DNA of 64,000 bases from Camelus ferus. Taxonomy: Eukaryota. A program made the position numbers and the translations under genes. The DNA lies in the NCBI RefSeq assembly GCF_009834535.1, contig NC_045697.1:50842001-50906000 (forward strand), in the 5' to 3' direction. Under the pieces are notes generated by a model. It saw only the letters and a list, made by a program, of their open reading frames with translations. It did not search any database and had not been told where the DNA came from. How positions within the stretch are numbered: position 1 is the stretch's first letter; each line of letters starts with the position of its first letter. Positions 12,891 through 23,311 of the stretch are shown piece by piece.

Positions 12891-13914
12891 ACTTATATAT
12901 TTATTTGTCCTGCCAGTATTAGCTTAAGAACTTGGGAAGACTGAGGCTCAGGCTCAGGCCATCTGCTGAGGCAGCTACAGGTAGCCGGGGAAAATAGAGT
13001 GTAAAGCAGGCAGTCATTAACACTTTATTCTCTTAATTTCTTTCAGTTCCTGTCTCTATTTTGGTGCATTTCTTTTAAATTGCACATATTGTAGAATTAA
13101 AGGATAATTTGACTTATAAATCATATTTACTAAAATGCACTGTATATTTCTCAACTCTCTCCACCATTCCAGATGCAAAAAAGTCTAAAACATTGTGTTT
13201 AACATATGTGGTCCAACACTGATCATCCAATCCTTATCTAAGACATGAACAGAACCATGGGCTTAACTAAAGAAGGAATACCTGTAGTGCTGGCTTTTAC
13301 TATCAGATAAAAAAAAAAAATTGCTTTGAGGGATTAGTTTTTCAGTCAGTTCTGTGGTCCAAACTGGCAGCCAAAAGAGTGTGACTTGGAAGTTTCTGTG
13401 TTTCAAGGTAATTTTAATTATTATGACCCTAGGCAAACCATGTGTCCCCAGTTTACCACAATTTCTACGGCCTCCTGTTGATGGCATTTACCTGCTGCAT
13501 ACATTTCTCTAACTTATATGGTCATCAAATATGATTATCATTATTATGGTAGACCCTTGACATAGTTTGAGAAATTCGGCAAATTCTCAAACTCCAGCAT
13601 ACTCCAGTAGTAGACCTCAAGGAAGGGAAGACAAGGTGGTACAAATGTTGTTAATGGTCATGTTAGCTCCATCACTACCTAAGGAACATGCTCTCCACAC
13701 ATCAGCTTCAAAGCCCACACACCAGGTTCATTGTTACTGGCAGAAAACTACAAATTACTACTTGCTGTAGGTTTTTTATTCATTTATTTTTGGCTCCCAT
13801 CCCGCACTTATTTTTTTAAATAGGTATTTTTAAAGAACAGTTTCAGATTTACAGAAAAATTGAGAAGATATTGCAGAGAGTTCCCATATATCCCAAACCC
13901 AGTTTCCACTATTA

Positions 13915-14030
13915 TTTTTGGGTGGTGATAATTAAATTTATTTATTTATTTTAATGGAGGTACTGAGGATTGAACCCAGAACCTTGTGTGTGCTAAGCAT
14001 GAACTCTACCACTGAGCTGTACCCTCCCCA
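13915..14030 (-). mobile_element. Vic-1-type SINE nested in L1MC
   Basis: ggaggtactgaggattgaacccagaacc...ctaccactgagctgtaccctcccc. TSD ccactattat. Confidence 0.9.
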
Positions 14031-14110
14031 CTCGAGCGTCCACTATTATCAACATCTTACATTAGCAGGGTACATTTGTTACAATTAATGAGCCAATATT
14101 GTTACATTAT

Positions 14111-14462
14111 TGTTGTGGACTGAATGTGACTCCCCAAAATTCATATGTTGATATCCTAACTCCCAATGAAACGGTATTAAGAGGTAGGGCCTTTGGGAGA
14201 AAATCAGATATGAGAGTAGAACCCTCTAGAATAGGATCATTACTGTCGTGAAAAGAGATGGGAGCTTGCTCTGGCTCTCTGCTTCCTGCCATGTGAGAAT
14301 ACAATCAAAAGTTGGCAGACTGCAAAGAGGAAGATGCTCACCAGAACCCGATCATGCTGGTACAGATTTCCAGCCTCTAGAACTGTAAGAAATAAATGTC
14401 TGTTTTTTTTTAATAAACCACCCAGTCCATGGTACTTTTTTATAGCAGCCCAAACTAAGACA
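14111..14462 (+). mobile_element. MaLR solo LTR (MLT1A-like) nested in L1MC
   Basis: TG...CA termini. tgttgtggactgaatgtg...ccccaaaattcatatgttga...ccagcctctagaactgtaagaaataaat...tatagcagcccaaactaagaca. Confidence 0.9.
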
Positions 14463-16640
14463 AATAATATTAAACAAAGTCCATACTTTATTCAGATTTT
14501 CATAGATTTTACCTAATGTCTTTCTTATGTCCTAGAATCAATCCAGGATACATTGCATTTAATTGTCATGTCTCCTTAGACTCCTCTGAGATGTAGTAGT
14601 TTCCCAGAATGTCCTTGTTTAAGATGACCTTGACAGTTCTGAGGAGCACTGGTCAGGTACTTCGTGGAATGCTTCTCTATTGGAATTTGTCTCATGTATT
14701 TCTCAGTATTAGACAGGGATTTTAGGAGGAAAACCACAGAGGTAAAGTGCCATTCTATCAACACGATTTATCACCATGTTGTTGACCTTGGCTGATGTAC
14801 TGATTTTCAGGTTTCCCTACTATGAACTTGCTCTTCTTATTCTCCCTTCCGTACCATGTTCTGTGGAATGAAGTCACTCTGCACCACTCCCACTTCAGGA
14901 GGGCATAGTTATGCTTCACCTTGGGGAAGAAGTATCTATGTAAATTACTTAGAATTCTTCTGCATGAAAGGTTTGTCTCTTCTGCATTTATTTATTTACT
15001 CAATGATTCATATCAGTATAGACTCATGAGTATTTGCTCTAGGTTTTGAGTTATAATATACTACTTTATTTTGTTCTCAACTTATTCCAGCTTTGGCCAT
15101 TGTTCCAGCTTTCAGTTGGCCCCTGTTCCTCTGTGGCATACCCTCACCAATTTTTTTTGGAGAAAAGCACTTTCTTACTTTATGTTGATGGAAGATGCTC
15201 ACAACTCATTTTGTATGTTTCCTTCCCCAGTCTCCTGAATGAGACATTCCTCCAAGGAGCACTGTTCTGTTTTACTGGAAAATGGTTTTAGAAACCAAGA
15301 TCTGGGTGCAAGGTGTGCTTGAGGCTGCTAGAGTGTCATTGCTTCTTGGGCGTCTCAGCTGACAAAGGAAAGAAGTATGTCTGTGTGTACTAACCTGTTT
15401 ATATACACATATACACATATCCATAAGTATTTCTATATGTATCCATTTGTATCTATATTAAGCTAAACATGAATTCATACTGATGTCTCCAACTCTTAAT
15501 TCATTACTACATGGATTATTTTTGCTTCCTCCCCTTGCTTATCTGAAAATTTATACTGTAACAGTGAGGAACCTGGCTCCAATTATTAGCGATCCATTTA
15601 CTTTTGCTCAATTTAATTGTTCAGTTACGGGTGTAGCAATATCAAAATTGTCAACACATACTCCTTTCTGCCATAGATTTTTCAGGAGTCAAAATGTGAA
15701 AAGTTAAAATCTGTAAAAGCTAATGTACTATATTATATGTAAAGCAAGTATAAAAATGGCATTTATTCTGTTCCAAATAAATCCACACAGAGCATACCAT
15801 ATTTTTGTCAGAGCTCATGTATCTTTGTTTACTAAAAACTGCTCAAATTTTTAAATAATTGGAGAAGGTATAGATTTAAAAAATCACACAGCTTATATAA
15901 AATTTATGTAACATTACATATGGATGATATTATTTCAATTCAGAATTTTTTTCATATTAGCACAGAGGCCTCATTCAAGTTTTACAGGAAGATTTTGTAA
16001 ATATGAGATTTTCTTTCATTATCCAGATATAAATTTGTAAATGGGATCAATAGTAAAATTCCACTTAAGAAAATTTTGGAATGAGCTGTTTACAAAGCAT
16101 GACTGGCATATACTACAGAAGAATAAAACAAGTGTGGAAAGTTGGCGGAGGGATGATTCACATATGTCATGAGGACGCTTCTCGAGACCTCTGAGACCTG
16201 AGAAGAAACAAGTTTTCACTTTAGTAAAACATGCCTTACACGGGATCCCTGTAAAGGGGCATGCTGAGTGCCTTTGGAAGCGTAAAGAAGAAATCTAGGC
16301 AGAGATGCAGAGATGGCTACCTACAGAATGCTTTCCCATGGACATATCTTTTCAGGGAACCCTGAAAATATAAATGTAAAAGCATTTTGAAGAGCATGGG
16401 ATGAATGGCAGAAGATTAATTTAGGATGTAGAATCACATCATAACATGATTAAAATATGAGCTTAATCATGCCCTATGAAATGGAATTTCTAGTTACATT
16501 AAAAGCTTACTTTTAGCCCCAGCACCATGATCCTGCACAAAGCTATCAGAATACTCCTCTAGATAAATTCTGAAGCAAACCTGGAGTGGAAATATCTATG
16601 ACTGTTTCCCCATCTTAATTTTCCAACATGCTATGCTTTT

Positions 16641-16765
16641 TGTGGGGGTGGGGAATAGTAATTAGGTTTACTTATTTATTTATTTAGAGAAGGTTCTGGG
16701 GATTGAACCCAGGACCTCGTGCATGTTAAGCATGCACTCTGCCACTTAAACTATACTCTCCCCAC
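16641..16765 (-). mobile_element. Vic-1-type SINE
   Basis: ggggattgaacccaggacctcgtgcatgttaagcatgcactct. Perfect TSD catgctatgctttt. Confidence 0.92.
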
Positions 16766-16902
16766 TTCATGCTATGCTTTTGAGTCCATTTATCATTTTA
16801 CCAAATAATGTTAAAAAGTCTTGTAACAATAGTATTTATCCAACGTGATTTTTATCTATGGGAATGCAAAGAACATAGAAAGCCTTCTTTCTCCACTGAT
16901 TA

Positions 16903-17047
16903 AGAGTTGAGTTCTTGGACTCTTAGGTATCTTTTGGGGAATTTCTGATTGCCCCCACTGTAAATCTTGTGGGAAGTAATAAGCCTGCTCTTTACTCTGT
17001 TACATGGAAAAATTTCCTGTTTGTTGTCTGTTATCTTTGCAAATTCA
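16903..17047 (+). repeat. 145-bp inverted repeat, arm 1 (partner at 18668-18812)
   Basis: Manual ungapped alignment to the reverse complement of 18668-18812 gives 9 mismatches in 145 bp. Confidence 0.95.
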
Positions 17048-18667
17048 GCTGGTGGTTAACAAACTTGGGACAATTGCTGTTTGATGGTCTTTTTAAGTGG
17101 GTAATTGAGAAATTGTTATCTTAAGTTTTTTTTCCCTTATTGCAGGGTTAATGCAGTCTTAAGCAATTTTTCTTAGCTGTATTACTACCGTAAGCAAAAA
17201 GCAAAATAGTTTTTCATTCTTTCTTCTGAAGTTTTCAAGCATAACCTGGCCTGGCTGACCAAATAGATCTATTACAGTAGAAAATAATTATTTACTCACT
17301 TACTAAATCTTGAAAGAAAAGATTTTGCTTAGGTAACTTCAACCTATAAATCTATTTTTTGATTCATGTCTAGCAAACATAAGAGCAATTATGAAAATTA
17401 CTTGATTTGTATGTTGTATGTACAATGTATGTGTTATAGTAGTTTACACTTAATTCAACTTTTGAGGTGAACCCTTTATTATCTCTCCACATTTTTTTAC
17501 TTTATGTATGTGTATCTCTATACTTACATTCATGTTTCTACTTGGAAAATTTGGTTTATAATTTGTTATATACACAAATAGATTAACTGTATGGATAATA
17601 GATTGTATGCTCAACTTTGTGTCTATGTCTATACAAATAAAATTTGTGTCTATATATGTAATTTTATTAATATTGTGGAAGCAAAATGAAACAAATTTTC
17701 AATTCAGCAAATTTACTGACTTTTTCTTTGCTCTCTTGCTCTCATGTTTTCTCTCTCTTACTCGTTTTCATTTTTCATTTTTGGCTTGTTTACATGACAC
17801 TTAATCTGCAGTTTGATCCACTTAATTGCCTTTTCAGTGGAATAATTTGTTGTCTTATAAGACAGGGACAATACATATGAGAGCATGAGGAAAATCATTT
17901 GGCATATTTTAAAAGTGATAAAAATGAAATTAAGAGGTTGATATTTTAAAAATATACTTGTTATTAAGATTCACCAGATTGGTGCACATGTCTTCACTTT
18001 GCCTTCAGGGTTGAACACTGATCATATTAAAGATGGGTATTTAACACATTAAAAGGTTTTGTGTAAGATTGGGAGTTTTTTGATGATTCAGTCTCCAAAT
18101 GCCATTAAAAAGTCCCCAAGATCATACTTCTGAGTTGCTTTTTATGGCTTCCCATTTCTTTTTAGGAGACCCAGGAAGAATGGTTTATAATGCTGGTGAT
18201 TTTAAATAAAGGTAATTGGAATCCATTAGAAGTTTTCAATTCCAAATCTAAGCCCTTTAGGGCTTTCCATAGTCCATTTAGCATATCTTTATCTGTTAAC
18301 ACTTGTTCTGTTTCAAGCCAAACACAAGTCATACTGAAATTCTTTCACTTCTCAGATCACAGAAATTACTTCTCCCCTGCCTTCTAGCCTACTCTTCCCC
18401 CCGGGTCCTTCTTCCCTTTGGCTGGCTAACTCCTACTCATCTTTCAGACTCTGGCTTAGATTTTCTTAGGGAAACCTAGGCCACTTCGCTTTGATAACTC
18501 CTTGCTAACTGCTTCTGAAGACCCCTGCATCTCTCCTATTATCATTTTATTAAAATGATTTGTTCGTTATCTTGTTTTACTCACTGTGAATACAATCCAC
18601 AAGATGAGAGACTGCAAAGGGGAGGACAAGGGCACTGATATTCCAAGAGAAGAATATGGAAATGAAG

Positions 18668-18812
18668 TGAATTTGCAAAGATAGCAGACAACAAATAGGA
18701 TTTTTTTCCATGTAACAGAGTAAAGAGCAGGCTTATTAGTTCCCACAAGATTTACAGTTGGGGCAATCAGAAATTCTCCAAAAGATACTTAAGAGTCAAA
18801 GAACTCAACTCT
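18668..18812 (-). repeat. 145-bp inverted repeat, arm 2 (partner at 16903-17047)
   Basis: Reverse complement of arm 1, ~94% identical. Confidence 0.95.
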
Positions 18813-20140
18813 GTGGGAAAAGAGCCCCACAACATAGCCTGGGAAGGACTCCAGGCAGGGAGAAGTTACCCTCAGTGGGAAACAATGATTCCAGAAGCAA
18901 TGAACACCAGGGCTGAATTTTCAGTTGGTTCTTCCTTGTGCATCGCTTACAAATCTTTAATTAATTCTATTATGCTGCACACTTTTGTGTTAATGTGCAC
19001 TGGGAATTAGAAAAGACAATGGATTTTGTACCATATTACTGATAGATAATGTTGACTCAGAGAAAAAAATGGCAGTTACAGGAACCCAGAGTGATTGTAA
19101 GAAGTTAAAGAAACAGGAAAAGTAGATTGCAATGTGAACTAACAAGTGTGAAAATGAAAGAGGACTCTCTTCCTCACTTTACATTGTGGAACTTTAAAAA
19201 AAAAAAAAAAAAAGTGGACTTAAAATACCCAGCAGCAATAGTAAATGAGCTGGGAGGTGGATAAATGTCAAAGTTCTAAGATCCTTGTTTGTTGAGTAGG
19301 AATGTAAAATTAAGAGTTGGTAAATTGAATTTCTTGAAACTGTGGATTATTATTTTTCATCATTTCTAAGAAGTTTTCAGCCACTGTCACTTCAAATATT
19401 GTCTCTGACCTTTCCTCTCTTGTCTGCTTATAAAAATCCAATTGGACATCAATAAGACCTTATTCCATCTCCTCCATGTCTTGTCTTGTCTTGTCTTTTC
19501 TTTTTCCAATTTACTACCTCTTTATCTCTCTGATATAAATTCCAGGTAAAGTTCTTTGGGTTTATTTCCTAATTCCCGTTTCTTTTCAGCTGTATCTAAG
19601 CTGTTATAAAACTCATCCACTGAGGTTTTCAGTTATATTGCGTTTTTACTTTTAAGAGTTTTGTTTGATTTGTTTTCAAATATGCTTGGTCTTTAATCAT
19701 ATTTTAAATTTCTTTGCCTCAGATGTGTCAGTATTCCTCAATCAGCTGAGAATTGCCTTGTAATGTGTACCCCCTCCCTCTTTCACTGAGTGTACAGCTG
19801 AGTTAGGCTGTATAGGCCCCTGGGCTATCTGTTGAAAATCTGAAGTCACCTTTATTAGCAAAATGGTACACAGTGGGGAGTTGAGAAAATTTCCATCATT
19901 CTATGGAAAAGACTACTGGTTGTAACCCATCTTTGGAAAGGAGTTATACTTTTCCACAAATAAAATCTTGTAATTTTCCACACAGCATATAAATATGATT
20001 ATCATTATTATGCAATGTAGTATATATATGCATTTATGTTTTTAAATCAAAATATGACTTTTAATATAAAAAAAGAAAACAACAAATCTTAAAACTACAA
20101 AGAAAGACAAAGACAACCTCGGATGACTTTGACAATGAAT

Positions 20141-20146
20141 TTTATT
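20141..20146 (-). terminator. CXCL8 polyadenylation signal AATAAA
   Basis: Reverse complement atttaaAATAAAattcattgtcaaagtcatc, followed by the GU-rich downstream element ttgtctttgtctttct. Confidence 0.85.
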
Positions 20147-20412
20147 TTAAATATGCTATAGTTACATTCATCTTTTCATACTATCAAAAACAATAGAAAG
20201 AGTCTCTTTAGGAACACATAAAAGCATCTTAAAGTCAAAAAGTAAAGTTGATGTTAAACTATACAATAATTTAAATAAAATTATGAGAATCTAATTGCTC
20301 AGAATAAATAAGAATTAGCAAGAAATTATTGTTTGGTGAATTTTTGCTATTTTGAGAAAATCGTCCTAACTCAGGTTTCGGGTGATTCAACACAGCACTG
20401 CAAAATAAGGCT

Positions 20413-20585
20413 TGCAGTGACCAGACCAGAAGTATCAAATGTAAGATTGCCAGTTCAATTAAAATTTCAGATAAATAGTGATGTACTTATACTAGCAAAT
20501 TATTCATTGCTTATCAGAAGGGAAAATTAGCTGGGTGCCCTGTTTGTTTGCTTTGTTTTTTAATTTGCTAAATCTGGCAACTATG
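20413..20585. mobile_element. MER53-like element in CXCL8 3'UTR (copy B, more degenerate)
   Basis: ccagttcaattaaaatttcagataaa...tacttatact...ctgggtgccctg...tttgctaaatctggcaac resembles the MER53 consensus. Confidence 0.75.
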
Positions 20586-20743
20586 GTCATATTATAACAA
20601 CCTTGAACAAAATAGGTCTGTAATTCAACATCACTTAATACCTAAAATAAATATAAATTCACTACCATCATTATACTATCTTACTAACGTTGCTTCCTTC
20701 CCATTTCTCCAAATTTGTGCACAAACATTACTATATTTGATGC

Positions 20744-20769
20744 TTAAATAAATACATAAATAATAAATA
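20744..20769 (-). promoter_or_regulatory. CXCL8 3'UTR AU-rich element (UAUUUAUUAUUUAUGUAUUUAUUUAA)
   Basis: Four AUUUA pentamers, two of them overlapping. Matches the known IL-8 ARE core. Confidence 0.92.
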
Positions 20770-20947
20770 GGTGAATAAGTTACACTTGAAAATAATTTAC
20801 TTGACTCTGCATTAAAGTTAAAGTGCTTCCAGCCACATGCCCCTACATCTCTGTAAGGTAGGATGGTGGCTGAAACTTATTCTCCATAAAGAATAAAGAA
20901 GAGTGAGGTGCATTTGAAGAGAGACACGTGAATCCTGGCCAGCAGAC

Positions 20948-21149
20948 AAGGGTTGCAAGATGTGATACAATAACAAAAACAAGAATAGGATTTCCAGCTA
21001 AATTTGAACTTATCATAAACAATGAATAATTTTTAAAATATAAGTGTGTCCTAGATGGAACAATGTACATGGGACATTGAAAAAATATTCATAATTTTAC
21101 TTAATATTCAAATATAGCTGGGCATCCTATATTTTATCTGGCAACCCTA
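20948..21149. mobile_element. MER53-like palindromic hAT MITE in CXCL8 3'UTR (copy A)
   Basis: Terminal inverted repeats AGGGTTGCAAGAT...ATCTGGCAACCCT. Internal CCAGCTAAATTTGAA...TTCAAATATAGCTGG. 8-bp TSD cagcagac/caccagac (7/8 match). Confidence 0.85.
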
Positions 21150-21259
21150 CACCAGACCCACACAGTACATAAGGCACTGAAGTAGATTTGTTTGCAGTTT
21201 CATTGGCATCTTCACTGAGGAATTCTTGGAAGCCATGGAGAATGGGTTTTAGGGTGTTT

Positions 21260-21281
21260 TCATGGATTTTGCTTCTCAGCT
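21260..21281 (-). CDS. CXCL8: CXCL8 exon 4 coding part (RAEKQNP-stop, 22 nt)
   Basis: ttattttcag acceptor, then A GCT GAG AAG CAA AAT CCA TGA. Total 64+136+84+22=306 nt, in frame. Confidence 0.97.
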
Positions 21282-21706
21282 CTGAAAATAAATAAAATAA
21301 AAAAATTTTAAATGAACAATGTTTTAATAAGGAGGGATGTATGATTCTTAAAAATATATTTAATATAGAGATTAATAGTCTTATATATCCATGTTTTAGA
21401 AATACTCTACATTTTCAACTATAAATGACCAGATATGTTGTCATCTAAGCCAGAACCTTCTGTGATCGAGGGAGCCAAGCACAGGCATAAACCCATACTT
21501 TCCCGGACATACTGAGGTGTGTGGCCTTCCCAGGCATGAGTACAACAGACTCATTATTGCTGCTATTTTTTTTTTTTTTAATCAAAGAAGCAGATACTTA
21601 AAAGATAAAATTTTCAGCAGCAGCACAAAATTTATAGGCTGACTTTTGGACTCTATGTCATAGGATAAATGAGGAATCTAAATTAAAAACAAACAAACAA
21701 ACTTAC

Positions 21707-21790
21707 CTCTTCAAAAATATCTCCACAACCTTCTGCACCCACTTTTCCTTGGGATTCAGGCAGACCTCTCTTCCATTGGCAAGCTTAACA
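21707..21790 (-). CDS. CXCL8: CXCL8 exon 3 (84 nt; [27 protein letters not shown])
   Basis: tttcag acceptor and gtaagt donor. Encodes the fourth cysteine (CLNP) and the C-terminal helix. Confidence 0.99.
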
Positions 21791-22074
21791 CTGAAATGAG
21801 AGATGACTAAAATCAATATTTAGTAGATTTCAAACATTCTTGTGCCATTCAAATCATGGGTCCCTAAGTACAGGCATAAAATCTAAGTCTAAACCAATGT
21901 TCAGTGATGAGTCATGGAAGATACCATATTAAATGCCATGCAGACAAATAATTTTTCTTTTCTGTTTTGCTCACTATGTATTCCTAATACCTAGAACTTT
22001 GTCAGATTCTTCCATATCTTCCTTATCTTCAGTTTGTTAAAGTAAAATATCTAATCATTTTTGAGATTACTTAC

Positions 22075-22210
22075 ATGATTTCTGTATTTTCACAGTGAGG
22101 TCCACTCTCAATCACTCTTAGTTCTTTGATAAATTTGGGGTGGAAAGGTGTGGAGTGTGTATTTATGCACTGGCATCGAAGTTCTGAACTCAGTCTTGAC
22201 AGAACTGCAG
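22075..22210 (-). CDS. CXCL8: CXCL8 exon 2 (136 nt; [44 protein letters not shown])
   Basis: ttttccacag acceptor and gtaagt donor. Contains the ELR-CQC motif and the ESGPHC motif typical of IL-8. Confidence 0.99.
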
Positions 22211-23026
22211 CTGTGGAAAAAAAAAGTAATTAAGGATTGATCTCATGAACAGGCACGCCTCTGCTAGCCACGCCCTTGTTAATTCCAATGCAATTATTTG
22301 GTGACCGTGTGTTTGGTAAACATCACATATTTAGCAAAATTACTCCTGAAATTGATGGCTGGATATTCTTTAAGGTCCTGAGCCCAATCTTTCTCTTTGT
22401 TTTAAAAACAGTCATTTCTAACAACACTAGATTACATAAAGACTTGGAGTAGTCTTTGAGCAATGTTGACATCCTCGTGGTACTTTTTCTTTTACTTGAC
22501 ATTGCATAATCCTCTGTGTTACCACAGTGCTATTTATGGTAGGCAAACTAAGATCCATCAACAGGGAAATTGCCTTCAGAAAGAGTTAACAGAAATATAA
22601 GGGATCCCAACAAGATCTATAATCTGTCAGGGTGACTTTAAGTCAAAGAGCAACTGAAGCTTGTCAATAAAATAGTACATGGAGTAGAATTACCTGAGTT
22701 ACCCTATTCAGTATTAATAGATAATAGGTGTAACTGTGGCCTCCAATAAGATACACCCTAAATTATAAACTTAGTTAAATATATATATACTACAGAGTAT
22801 GAATGATAGGAGCAGAATGTCTATATAAATCAAACTATACTTTTCTAAATATTGAAGATCCTACTTAAAAATTTAAAACTTCAATTCAACATTGAATGAC
22901 TGCAAAGATGGTTTCCTTGTCCTGAATAAAAAGGAGGCTTGTCATCAAAGCATTAAAGATAATCTTGCTATCTGAGGATCACATTTAGACACAGGAAAAC
23001 TCTGTAGATCAGAACAATATGCTTAC

Positions 23027-23090
23027 CTTCACACAGAGCTGCAGAAATCAAGAAAGCTGCCAAGAGAGCAACAGCCAGCTTGGAAGTCAT
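23027..23090 (-). CDS. CXCL8: CXCL8/IL-8 coding exon 1 (signal peptide MTSKLAVALLAAFLISAALCE, 64 nt)
   Basis: Reverse complement reads ATGACTTCCAAGCTGGCTGTTGCT...TGTGAAG|gtaagc. ATG is at 23088-23090 and the GT donor at 23025-23026. The translation matches the known IL-8 signal peptide. Confidence 0.99.
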
Positions 23091-23196
23091 GTTTACACAG
23101 AGTGTGTCCTTTGTGGCTTCTTACTGGCTCTTGTCCTAGACGCTTGTGAGCTCTGCTGTCCCAGAGGACCTGTGTTGGACAGAGAGCTCCTGTGGC

Positions 23197-23204
23197 TTTT
23201 TATA
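23197..23204 (-). promoter_or_regulatory. CXCL8 TATA box (TATAAAAA)
   Basis: Reverse complement gataaTATAAAAAgccac, the same context as the known IL-8 promoter. Confidence 0.93.
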
Positions 23205-23255
23205 TTATCGAAAGAGTGGGGAACATGTGCACCATCATCCTTACATCACTGTTAG

Positions 23256-23266
23256 AGGAAATTCCA
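23256..23266 (-). promoter_or_regulatory. CXCL8 proximal NF-kB site (TGGAATTTCCT)
   Basis: Exact IL-8 kB element at the expected distance (~50 bp) upstream of the TATA box. Confidence 0.95.
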
Positions 23267-23304
23267 CACCACGCAACCCTCCACCCGCCCTTTGAGGGCA
23301 GACC

Positions 23305-23311
23305 TGAGTCA
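23305..23311 (-). promoter_or_regulatory. CXCL8 proximal AP-1 site (TGACTCA)
   Basis: Reverse complement gaTGACTCAgg ~40 bp upstream of the kB site, as in the known IL-8 promoter. Confidence 0.93.

Larger units (their letters stand above)
13810..15640 (-). mobile_element. Old L1MC/MD-like 3' end hosting a nested SINE and LTR
   Basis: cagtttcagatttacagaaaaattgagaaga...gagagttccca...ggagcactggtcaggt...accacagaggtaaagtgccatt...ttagaaaccaagatctggg. Confidence 0.8.
20125..23172 (-). other. CXCL8: CXCL8 transcription unit (approximate TSS to cleavage site), including ~1.1 kb 3'UTR
   Basis: TSS inferred ~25-30 nt downstream of the TATA box. 3' end inferred from AATAAA at 20141-20146 followed by a GU-rich tract. 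Confidence 0.85.

Noticed and set aside
1..20000. Search for additional CXC chemokine genes (CXCL6, PF4, CXCL1-like)
   Set aside because: By eye I found no ELR-CXC or CL(N/D)P exon on either strand outside CXCL8. Highly decayed relics cannot be excluded without a homology search.
23019..23255. Plus-strand 78-aa ORF over CXCL8 exon 1
   Set aside because: Antisense shadow of the real exon and promoter.
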